Shown here: one piece after another, positions 10,319 to 19,585 of the stretch
How positions within the stretch are numbered: position 1 is the first letter of the stretch
Layout of the letters: each line of letters starts with the position of its first letter
IMG/VR virus record: IMGVR_UViG_3300037466_002047
DNA: 64,000 nucleotides
Source of the DNA: an uncultured virus (IMG/VR IMGVR_UViG_3300037466_002047)
Lineage: Duplodnaviria; Heunggongvirae; Uroviricota; Caudoviricetes
Strand: one strand, 5' to 3'
Made by a program: the position numbers and the translations under genes
The notes under the pieces: generated by a model
Told to the model about the DNA's origin: nothing
The model's database searches: none
The model's input: the letters and a program-made list of their open reading frames with translations, nothing else

Positions 10319-10485
10319 GCGATGGAGCAGCACTATCGCTTCGTCGCACAGGGCGGTGGTTACCGGAGCCGCTGGCGGCGCTACCGTGGCCGCATCAGAA
10401 TGCCGAGTCGGACAGAACGCCTAAAGCTGGGCGAGGGATACGGGATCGAAGTCCGCACGGCTAAGAAACAGAGAGGCAAAACCGC

Positions 10486-11076
10486 ATGAGTAAACGCTTC
10501 GCCAAAGCAGCGGAATCGAAACCCAAGGGATCGTCGCCGCGTGAGAAACAGAGCACCCGAAAATACGAGGGAGTAAATCCTACGCTCGCGCCATCTTCAG
10601 AGGGACCAAAACCTCCCGGCCCGGCACCATTCCTCCTCGACCTCGATGCGCAACTCCAACTGTCCGGACAGCCCGTCACGGTGCGCCAATTAATCGATCG
10701 GCTCGCACAGATGGGATGCACCGAATACGAACTCGCAACGCTCTGCGGCATCAGCGAGGAAACGTTTAGAGCGGTGAAGCGCAGGCAGCCCGAGGTCGTA
10801 AAGATCTGGGAGACCGGCCGCGTGACGCGGAAGATATCGCTTCGGCACAAACTCGACCGGCACGCAGACAAACAAGCGAGCGCCGCGATCTTCCTCGCCA
10901 AGAACGAACTTGGCATGCGCGACCAATTCGACATCAAGGGTCAGGTCGATCATCAGCACACCGGCCTGGTCTCATTGATGCAGACGCTCGATGGCAAGCA
11001 CGGCAAGGTGATCGAGGGCGAGGCGCAGGACATCACGCCAGCGACCGGTGCGAAACAGATCGAACATCAGCCGTGA
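10486..11076 (+). CDS. terS: terminase small subunit
   Basis: HTH (GCTEYELATLCGISEETF) plus ASAAIFLAKNELG.RD pattern typical of TerS; upstream of TerL. Confidence 0.7.
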   Translation: MSKRFAKAAESKPKGSSPREKQSTRKYEGVNPTLAPSSEGPKPPGPAPFLLDLDAQLQLSGQPVTVRQLIDRLAQMGCTEYELATLCGISEETFRAVKRRQPEVVKIWETGRVTRKISLRHKLDRHADKQASAAIFLAKNELGMRDQFDIKGQVDHQHTGLVSLMQTLDGKHGKVIEGEAQDITPATGAKQIEHQP

Positions 11077-12671
11077 GTGCAGAGACGCCTCTCGAATGGA
11101 GTCGCCGTCAGCTTCAAGAATGGCGCGCACAGGCGGACTTGGCAGAGGCGCAGGTTCGCTTCTGGCTATCAGAGATCAACCGCATCAAGCGCGAGGATTA
11201 CGAGCGCGCGAAAGGGGAGGAGAAGCAATGAGTGAGCGGAGCACACAGGAACAGCCGACACCGCCGCCCGGCACGAAGGTGCACGTCGCGACCAAATTCG
11301 AGATGCAACTCCAGATGTTGATCGTCGGGCAGCCGAGCGATGAAGTCCTCGAGGCTCTGATGATGGTCCTGCTTTCGACGTTTTGCGGCGCATGCTCGAG
11401 CGCAGATGAGGCGGAGGAGAGCGCCGACAGGTTCGCGGCCTACCTCCGGAAGCACATCCGGCCGAACTTCGGCTACATCAAAGCGCAGCACGCCACGCAA
11501 ACGAACAGCGAGCCCGGCCACGCATGAGCGACGACAAGGTGGTCAAGCTGCCGGTGGTCAGGATCGAGCGCGGCCCCGAGCGCGTCGACAAGCTCGCTGA
11601 AGCGATTAGGAAAAGCCCTGCGACGGTCATGCGCGGGCCTGAAGCGAACTACACGGTCGACGCCAAGCTCCAGGCGTTCACCGATGCCCTGCGGGAGATC
11701 GCCCGCGGCCGTTGCGACACCGGCAGAGCGATGCCAAGCGAGCGCGCGCGGAGAGTCGCACAGGAAGCGCTCGCGACGTGGGGAATGGGATGGGGGCAGA
11801 GCAAGTGACCGGACAACTTGCCCTCCCGCTCGGGCCACAGAGCCGCGCGACTCCGGAGGAGGAACACACCTTCCGCCTCTGGCAATCGGGATATGGCCTC
11901 GAGCGGCTCGCGGCAGAGCGCGGCATCACCGAGGTGCAAATGCTCGGCGTGATCGCTGCCATTTGGCGGAAGTTCGGGCCCGCATGACCCGCATCCACTG
12001 CTGCGTCCCGCATTGCAGGCGCACGCGCGAGAACGCGAACAATCGATCTCGGGAATGGATCTGCGGAAACCACTGGCGGCTGGTCGACAAGGCCCGGCGG
12101 CGAGTGTGGGGGCGCATCAGACGGCGATGGCGTCGCTTCGGGCCAAGGGATGGTGATGACGCGGTTGGGAGGCGGGTCTGGGCTGCGCTAAAGCGGCAGG
12201 CGATAGAACGCGCGCTCGGCATCCGAGGGTGAAGTGTGGGGACAACTCGGTCGGGTCGCATTGCCTCCGAGCACGGCAGGGTGACACTGGCACCGCACAC
12301 AGGGGAGAGCCGAAACGATGTCCCGACTGACCGAAATCCTGAACCACGACAATCCCGACATGCCGGAGGAAACGCGCGCGGAAGCGACGGCAATCCTTCA
12401 GGCGGAGATCGAGCGGCTACAGCAAGCCCTCGGCGTCACCGGGATCGCGCTGGTCGTCTCTGGCGAAGTGAAGCAATGCAAATGCGGCAACCCGGAGCAC
12501 AAGTACGTGCACGTCCTCGACGTGGGCGGCGGCTGGCCGATGCCGATGGAATTTCTCTACACCATGCTCGCGGACACCCGCGCTAATCCCGCTCAGACCC
12601 GCGGGACGTCGGCACGCCCCGAAATCGCCGCGACCCCGGCGAACGCCCCGAGCACGACCACGAAGCAATAG
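11073..12671 (+). CDS. run of small hypothetical ORFs (11073-11231, 11228-11527, 11524-11808, 11805-11987, 11984-12232, 12318-12671)
   Basis: translational coupling; 11984-12232 has a CC.PHC...IC..HW Zn-binding pattern. Confidence 0.6.
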
Positions 12672-12676
12672 ACCTT

Positions 12677-12940
12677 CGCTGGCGGCCCCCTCTCCGACGT
12701 CCGCGTCCCCTCACGGCACTTGGAGAGCGCCAGCAAAGCGGCCGGTGTCCGGAAGCCCCGGTCGGAAGCCGTCCCGGTTAACGTAACCCGCCGGGGCGGC
12801 TTCACCCCTCCCAGGAATCAGAGTTAGAATTGCATGCAGCCTTCAACGGCCAACGTTCGGAGGTCAGCCATGCAAGCCGCCGGGGAAAGCCCGGCACCGG
12901 ACGCCCTCGCGACGACACGCGGGGGCGCTTTCGTTTCAAC
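12677..12940 (+). ncRNA. structured intergenic RNA element (5 stem-loops, last one terminator-like)
   Basis: GCTGGCG/CGCCAGC, GAAGCCG/CGGCTTC, TTGCATG/CATGCAA, CCGGG/CCCGG, and CGCCCTCGCG/CGCGGGGGCG followed by TTTCGTTT. Confidence 0.6.
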
Positions 12941-12960
12941 CAAGGCAATGGAGAGCACGG

Positions 12961-15900
12961 ATGACTTCGATGGACGATGCGATGCGTAAATTTCAGGCCA
13001 CGACGCCGCCGAGCGAAGGGGTTCAATCTTCGGTCAGTGGGCAGGCACTCGGCGTGCTGCAGACGCAGGCCGGTCAGGTGAACCGCCCGCCGCCGGTGGT
13101 GAAGATGCTGGCCGATCAATTCAGCGCGGTGGCCGATACGCTTGAGGCGCAGGCTCGCCGCATCGGTGTTGCGCTTGACAGACTCGAGGGACCGCAGCCG
13201 TCGCAAAGCGGCGGGTCCAAGGCGGACGGCACCGAAACGCCGAGCCATCACCTCGCACGGCTCCGCGACGCGCTCGAGCGGCTGCACAAGGTCGCGCAGG
13301 CGCTCAACGCGAGCAACGAACGCATCGACAAGCTGGTGTGAGTGGGGCGAGTCGGGATATTAACAATGGCCGGGGCGATCCCGGCCATTTGCATAAGCGG
13401 GGAGCCGATGACGAAGCACCGAGTGCACGCACCTCACGCTGCGACGCACCGAGCGATTGCCAACCGGCATCTCGCACTCAACGTCCATCACATCGCCATC
13501 GGCGCTTTCCACAAAGCGAAGGGCGACACCGAGATCGGCCAACTGCATCAGAACGTGGCCGCGCATCACCTCGGGCTGGCGAAACTCTATGGCGGGCTCG
13601 CTGGCGACACGCCTGTCGTCACGCCCGCGCAGGCATTGGCAGGCGGCACGCAAGCCGACCCGCTTCCTCCACCGGACGGCACGCTCCCCGGCGGCGCACC
13701 GCTCGGCAACCCCAAGCCGGATGAGGAGTGACGACCATGGCGAAGGCTACGAGTGCACCGGTCAGCGGCGGACCGATCCAAGACCCGCCCGGCACGGTGC
13801 CCCCAGGCGACGAGGTGACACCGATCCAGGCTGGGCCATCCCCTGCCCCAGAGAAGCCCGCTGAGGAGCCCGCGCCGCTTCCCCCGCCCACCGAGCCGCC
13901 CCCGCCGCCGGAAGCGCCCCAGCCCCCGGAAAACGAGACTGCGCCCCCGGCGGAAGGCGACCATGACCCGGTAAGCGACGCCGAACAGGCGCGCATCACA
14001 CAGCACGAGCACGCCAAGGCCATGCTCGAGGGCCCGGGCGGCGACGTGGGCATGGAGATCGATGTCGCCGCGGTCAATCTCGACGAACTGCCGATGTGCC
14101 CGGCGGCGGTCGACCATCACGGCCGCCTTTGGGCGGTCGACATCGAAAAGCGCGTCCTTCGGCTGATGGGGCGCGTCACCCGATGATGCAATTCGCCAAG
14201 GTCGGGTACATCCTCTCGGTGTTTGCGGTGCACCCGCATGCGGTGCCGCTGAACAGCGTGGCGACGTACCACGACAAGGCCGAATGCGAGTCAGCGCGGG
14301 GAGCAATCCTCGCGCAGATTCGTCCGGCCGACCGGCGGCGCATTGCCGTGATTTGCATTCCCATGCCCGCGGGGCGGGTCTCGGTCACCACGACGCCAGC
14401 GAAGGAGTGAAGCGATGCCGCTCGTCTCTCAGGCACAAGCACGGTGGGCTTACGCAAACCAGAGCAAGCCCGGGCAGGAGGGTGACGCGGCACGCGAATT
14501 CATTGCAGCATCGCCGGGCGGGCCGGGCAGCGTGAAAGCGCTCCCGGCTCGCGTTCATGACGGAAAGCCAATGCGAGCGAAGAAACGCCGTCCGTTCGGC
14601 TCGCTCGCGCCCGGGGAAGACTGAGCATGATCATGCTGTACATCTGGTGGACCGCGTGCGTTTGGGGCACATTCGAAGCGTTCACCGGAGGAATTGCAGA
14701 TGAGCGAGCGCCGCAAGCATCAGTGCCATCGGGACGGCTGCGACAGTGAAGCGTCCTTCGCCACGAAGATCCGCGTGCTCTGCCGAGCGCCAGGCGTAAC
14801 GCCGATCCCGCTGACCTTCGACTGCTCGATCCGAGTGTGCGCCAAGCACGCGCTCGAGTCCGACGTCCGGAAATACCTGCTCAATGATAAGAACCGCGAG
14901 ACGATGCTCACGAAGATCGTTGACCAGGGATACCCCGAGCCCGATCTGCTCTCGCTGTCGGTGACATTCGAGCCGATCAAGGCCGAGCGCGCTCCGCTCA
15001 AGATCGACACGGCCCGCACGCACTGCTGCGACCGGGCGAACTGCTCGAACGTGGCGAAGTGGCAGGTCAAGCGTCTATTCCGGATGATGTGGCAGCGCGG
15101 CCGCGGCAAGCCGATGATCGAAGTGCTCACGAACATGCTCGTCTGCGACGACTGCCGGGCGCGCGTGCGGCCGCAAGACTTCCCCGAAGGCGAGACGCGC
15201 GCGTGGCTCAATGCCAAGGGTGTCTCGATGCCGGACCTCAAGACGGCGGAAGTGAAATTCGAGCCGCTGGTCGACGGCAAGCGCCTGCAGCCGAAGCTCT
15301 GGGTCGGGGACGATGGCCCGGTGCATCAGTTCGCGCCGAAGCATGAGCCCGAAGTTGCCCGCCCGCGTGAAAGCGATGGGGCCTGACCTCCCATGCGCCG
15401 AGTGCGGCGGCCCGATCTACACGCTCAAACATGGGCGTCGCGTCCGGCCCGATCCCGACCACGACTTGTGCCGCAAGTGCTGGCGGGCGCAAGCTGATCG
15501 GATGGCGACAAAGCGCGACCGAGTCGCCGGAGAGCACCGCTTCAGGAAGAAACGTCCACCCATCCGATGAGGAGTGACCGATGTCCTTCAACGTCCGCGT
15601 CTTCGGGTATCGCGGCACAACGCAACTGCCGGTCTCGCTGGAAAAGGCATTCCACGCCGATTCCGTGCAGGTGCTGAGCGAGCCGTATGAATTCGGCCAA
15701 AAGCTCGTGTCGAACGGCGCAACGCCGGTGTCGAGCGCGCCGGACAGCGACCATGCGCAGGTCAAGCTGCTGCGCGTCGAGGTGCCGGACGGCGAAGCCA
15801 TCCGATACGAGATCGGGCCCAGCGGCACAGTGCGCGATCCTGGCGACACGTCACCGCGGCTGAGCGGAAGCGACAATTTCGAGTTTGCGCCGGGCTGGGT

Positions 15901-16146
15901 GTTCTCGTTTGTCGACGCGGCGAGCTTCCCCTAATGCGTGGCACCCGCATTCCATTCCTGCTGGGCGACCTCGAGCGGGCCATCCGCAACATCGCGCCAC
16001 AGACCGGGCAATTGGAGCTACGGCTCCAGCCCGGCACACACCGCCCGGTCATGGAGGCGCTGGCCGATCACTACGGTCGGCCCGAACTGGTCAAGGCGGA
16101 CGAATTCGTCCTCGGCTCGGTGGTGATCAGACGTGGCGGACTTTGA
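12961..16146 (+). CDS. run of hypothetical ORFs (12961-13341, 13408-13731, 13728-14186, 14183-14410, 14415-14624, 14700-15386, 15376-15570, 15581-15934, 15934-16146)
   Basis: coupled ORFs with high GC3; 14700-15386 has two tandem Cys/His Zn-finger-like repeats. Confidence 0.65.
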
Positions 16147-17689
16147 AGATCAGGCGAGCGAGGACATCGCGCGCGAGTACGTGGGCGACAGGCTCACCGA
16201 CCGTGACTACCGGCTGAGCAATCTCTATCGGATCAGAGACGAGCAGGGCAAAGCGGTCCGTTTCGCGCCGAACGATGCGCAGCGCATATTCGACAAGGAA
16301 ATGTGGTTCCGCAACGTCATCCCGAAGGCGCGCAAGCTCGGCTTCTCGACGTTCATTGGCATTTTCATCCTCGATGAGTGCCTGATGACCAGCGGGAGCA
16401 CCTGCGGCATCACCGACCGCTCGATCACCGACGCCGAAGACAAGCTGGCGATGATCAAGTTCGCCTACGAGGGCATGCCGCCGGAGTTGCGGGACTCGTA
16501 TTTCAGGCTGGTCCGCTCCAACGACAAATACATTGAGTGGTCGAACGGCTCATCGGTCTCGGTCGGCCTCACCTATCGCGGCGGCACGCCTCGCATCCTG
16601 CACGTCTCGGAGTTGGGGAAGGTCTCGGTCGACACGCCGGAGCAGGCGCGCGAGATCATGACCGGCGCGATCCAGGCGGTGCCGCAAGGCGGGCTGGTGT
16701 TCGTGGAGTCGACCGCTCACGGCACGAGCGGCATCTTCTGCGACATGGTCAGGCAGGCGGAAGCGCGCCGCATCGCGCATACCCCGCTGACAAAACTCGA
16801 TTTTAAGAGCCAGTTCTTCGGCTGGATGCACAAGCGCGAGTACCGCGTCCCGAACCACCTCGTGATCGTGCCCCAGGAATTGCGCGATTACTTCGCTGAG
16901 TTGCGAGCGAAGCACGGCATCGCGCTCGATGCCGACCAGATGGCGTGGTACGCGCAAAAGCACGCCGAACTCGGGCCCGACGACTGTAAGCAGGAATTCC
17001 CGTCTATCCCCGACGAACTGTTCTATTCGTCGCTGCAGGGCGCGTACTGGCGCAAGGAACTCACCAAGGCGCGCGCCGAGGGCCGCATCGGGCAATTGGT
17101 GCCCTTCGACCCGTCGCGGCCGGTTAACACGTTCTGGGACATCGGGGAGGACTGCACGTCGATCTGGTTTCACCAGACGGATGGCGTGCGCCACCGCTTC
17201 ATCGATTACTACGAGGAGGAGGGCGGCAGCATTCAGTCGGCGTGCGGCGTGGTGCATGCGAAAGCGCGCGACCGCGGCTTCGTCTACAAAAAGCACTATT
17301 TCCCGCACGACCTCGACCGTCGCTCGTGGGAGAACAACGCCACCAACCGGAAAAGCATCGCCACCGAACTGCTCGGTGACCGGATCAAGGTGGTCGACCG
17401 CATCGATGACAAGGCGGACAGCATCGAGGCGGGCCGCCGGATGCTGGCCATGGCGTGGTTTGACCAGCAGCACTGCTCTCGGGGTGTCGAATGCTTGGAT
17501 AACTACCGAAAGCAGTGGAATGACCGCATGGGAATGTTCAAATCGGAGCCGCTGCACGATTGGGCGTCTCACGCCTCCGACGCTCTCCAGCAAGGCGCGA
17601 TGGGACTCGAGCCCGAACGCGCGCCGAGCAAGCGACGAAGCGGGCAATCGCTGGTCGACCGGCCACGGACAACGGCATGGAGCGCGTGA
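16133..17689 (+). CDS. terL: terminase large subunit
   Basis: Walker A PKARKLGFST, Walker B ILHVSE, ESTAHG coupling motif, RNase H-like FWDIG...HDWASHASDA. Confidence 0.95.
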   Translation: MADFEDQASEDIAREYVGDRLTDRDYRLSNLYRIRDEQGKAVRFAPNDAQRIFDKEMWFRNVIPKARKLGFSTFIGIFILDECLMTSGSTCGITDRSITDAEDKLAMIKFAYEGMPPELRDSYFRLVRSNDKYIEWSNGSSVSVGLTYRGGTPRILHVSELGKVSVDTPEQAREIMTGAIQAVPQGGLVFVESTAHGTSGIFCDMVRQAEARRIAHTPLTKLDFKSQFFGWMHKREYRVPNHLVIVPQELRDYFAELRAKHGIALDADQMAWYAQKHAELGPDDCKQEFPSIPDELFYSSLQGAYWRKELTKARAEGRIGQLVPFDPSRPVNTFWDIGEDCTSIWFHQTDGVRHRFIDYYEEEGGSIQSACGVVHAKARDRGFVYKKHYFPHDLDRRSWENNATNRKSIATELLGDRIKVVDRIDDKADSIEAGRRMLAMAWFDQQHCSRGVECLDNYRKQWNDRMGMFKSEPLHDWASHASDALQQGAMGLEPERAPSKRRSGQSLVDRPRTTAWSA

Positions 17690-17882
17690 TGGACATCATC
17701 CTGACGATCATGGCGGGGTTGCTCATTGGCGCGCTCATCGTCTTCTTCGGCGGCTGCCTCTGTGGGTACTCCTACGGCGCGAACCAAATGCATCGACGGT
17801 GGACCGCCGAGATTAAACGCCACGGCATACGCGAGATCAGCCGGTGCAACATCTGCGGACATCAGAAAGGGGAGAAGCTCAA

Positions 17883-18389
17883 GTGACGATGGGACTACAG
17901 GAGCCGAACAAGCCGCATCCGTTCGTGCGCCCGCCACCGAGCATGCTAGTGGTGCAGGGGATGCCGCCGATGGCCGATGCCATCCTGGCGGCCTTCCCGC
18001 ACGCTCGAGGAGCGAAGATTTTGTATTGCTGGGGCACGACAATCTATGCCAGCAACGGCGCGATCTGTGGGCCTGAGAAGGTCGCGCATGAGACGATCCA
18101 TGCCATCCGGCAGGGCGACGACGTCGAGGGCTGGTGGTGGCGCTACATTGCGGACGCTGCCTTCCGGTTTGCGGAGGAGGTGCCAGCGCACATCGCAGAG
18201 TATATCTTTCTGTGCGACAGCGAATCAGGGCGCGCGGCACGCCGGAGAAATCTCGCCCGCATCGCGTCTGCGCTCGCATCACCGCTCTACGGTCGCCTCG
18301 TCACGGCCGAAAAGGCAAAGCGCGTAATCCTCGACGGTGCGTCCGCTGCCAAGTCGGAAGGGATGGAGCGATGGGCGTCAGCGAACTGA
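17883..18389 (+). CDS. HExxH zincin-like metallopeptidase candidate
   Basis: VAHETIHAIRQ...FAEEVPAH. Confidence 0.5.
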   Translation: MTMGLQEPNKPHPFVRPPPSMLVVQGMPPMADAILAAFPHARGAKILYCWGTTIYASNGAICGPEKVAHETIHAIRQGDDVEGWWWRYIADAAFRFAEEVPAHIAEYIFLCDSESGRAARRRNLARIASALASPLYGRLVTAEKAKRVILDGASAAKSEGMERWASAN

Positions 18390-18616
18390 GGGAAGCCTTC
18401 AACCGTGTCGCGGAGCCGAGATATTCGGCTCAGCGTGCCTTCCTCGGCTATGAGTTGGTGAACGGCGCGCAGGTGCAGCGCATCTCGTTCGTGGGCTCCA
18501 CTCAGGCCGGACAGCCGTTCACGGCGACTTCGGACCCACTGCCGATGAACGCCGACCCGCGCGCCGCGGCCGAGCAAGTCGCCACCAATCTCCTCCAGCA
18601 AGGGACACAGCCATGA
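18371..18616 (+). CDS. hypothetical protein
   Basis: GGAG RBS; coupled to neighbours. Confidence 0.55.
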   Translation: MGVSELREAFNRVAEPRYSAQRAFLGYELVNGAQVQRISFVGSTQAGQPFTATSDPLPMNADPRAAAEQVATNLLQQGTQP

Positions 18617-19026
18617 CCCGCCGCCTGCTCTTCGCCATCCTCGCCCTCTGCGGCCTTGCGTTTCTGCTCGTCCACTCGGGCGCACACGCGCAGACTCTCA
18701 GCCAGCAGCAAAGCGCCGCGTACAGCGCGACCAATGCGCAGACGATCAAGGTGGCGACCGGCCGGTCGACCGCGACGATTTACGTCATGCAATACCTGCT
18801 GAGCGCGAGCGCGGCGGGCACGGTGCAGATCGAGTACGGCACCGGGAGCACCTGCGGCACCGGCACGGTGAACATCACTGGCGCGCTGCAGATTGCAGCC
18901 GGGGGCAACGTGCAGGCCGGGAATGGCGGCGGCACGCTATTCGTCGTTCCGCCCGGCAATGACGTCTGCATCGCATCGACCGGAACGGCCTCGTTCGCCG
19001 GTCACATCAGCTTCCTGCAGTACTGA
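18613..19026 (+). CDS. beta-rich protein with signal-peptide-like N-terminus
   Basis: MTRRLLFAILALCGLAFLLVHSGAHA-Q (basic, hydrophobic, AxA). Confidence 0.7.
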   Translation: MTRRLLFAILALCGLAFLLVHSGAHAQTLSQQQSAAYSATNAQTIKVATGRSTATIYVMQYLLSASAAGTVQIEYGTGSTCGTGTVNITGALQIAAGGNVQAGNGGGTLFVVPPGNDVCIASTGTASFAGHISFLQY

Positions 19027-19048
19027 CCAACCCAGAGGAGAGAACCGC

Positions 19049-19582
19049 GTGAGCGAAGTTGAGACACAGGACGTGATCGAAACCCAGATCAAATCGATCC
19101 CCCAGGTCGGGGAGATTGTCGTCTTTCACCCGCGGCCGGGCGAATTCCGCGGCGGGCGTTCCGAATTCCCCGCGCTGGTCATGGGCGAGAACAGGCGCAC
19201 GCCGGGTGCTATCGATTTGCTCGTGTTTTACGACCGCGAGGACACGCATCTGGTCGAAGGCGCTGAGGAGTGCCCGGCGGACCGATCCTCGATGGGATGG
19301 ACGCGCTCGAGCACCGGCACGCTCGCCGGGTCGCCGGAGCGCGATGCGCTGATCTCCCTGTCGAGCCAACTGGTGATGGCCCAGAGTCGGATCGAAGCGC
19401 TCGAGGAGCAAGTCCAGATGGTCTCGCGCGCGCTATTCGGCGGCCTGGAGATGCCTGACGGTGAAAGCGTGCTCGGCATCCTCGATGAGCATGAGGACCG
19501 CATCAGCGCGGTCGAAAAGCTCGCCAAGCCCAAACCTAATACTAAGGCGGCGAGGGCCGCTGCCGCAGCGAAAACGGAGTGA
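19049..19582 (+). CDS. hypothetical protein (SH3-like N-terminus plus coiled coil)
   Basis: GAGGAG RBS; PQVGEIVVFHP...PALV; heptad C-terminus. Confidence 0.6.
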   Translation: MSEVETQDVIETQIKSIPQVGEIVVFHPRPGEFRGGRSEFPALVMGENRRTPGAIDLLVFYDREDTHLVEGAEECPADRSSMGWTRSSTGTLAGSPERDALISLSSQLVMAQSRIEALEEQVQMVSRALFGGLEMPDGESVLGILDEHEDRISAVEKLAKPKPNTKAARAAAAAKTE

Positions 19583-19585
19583 TAG

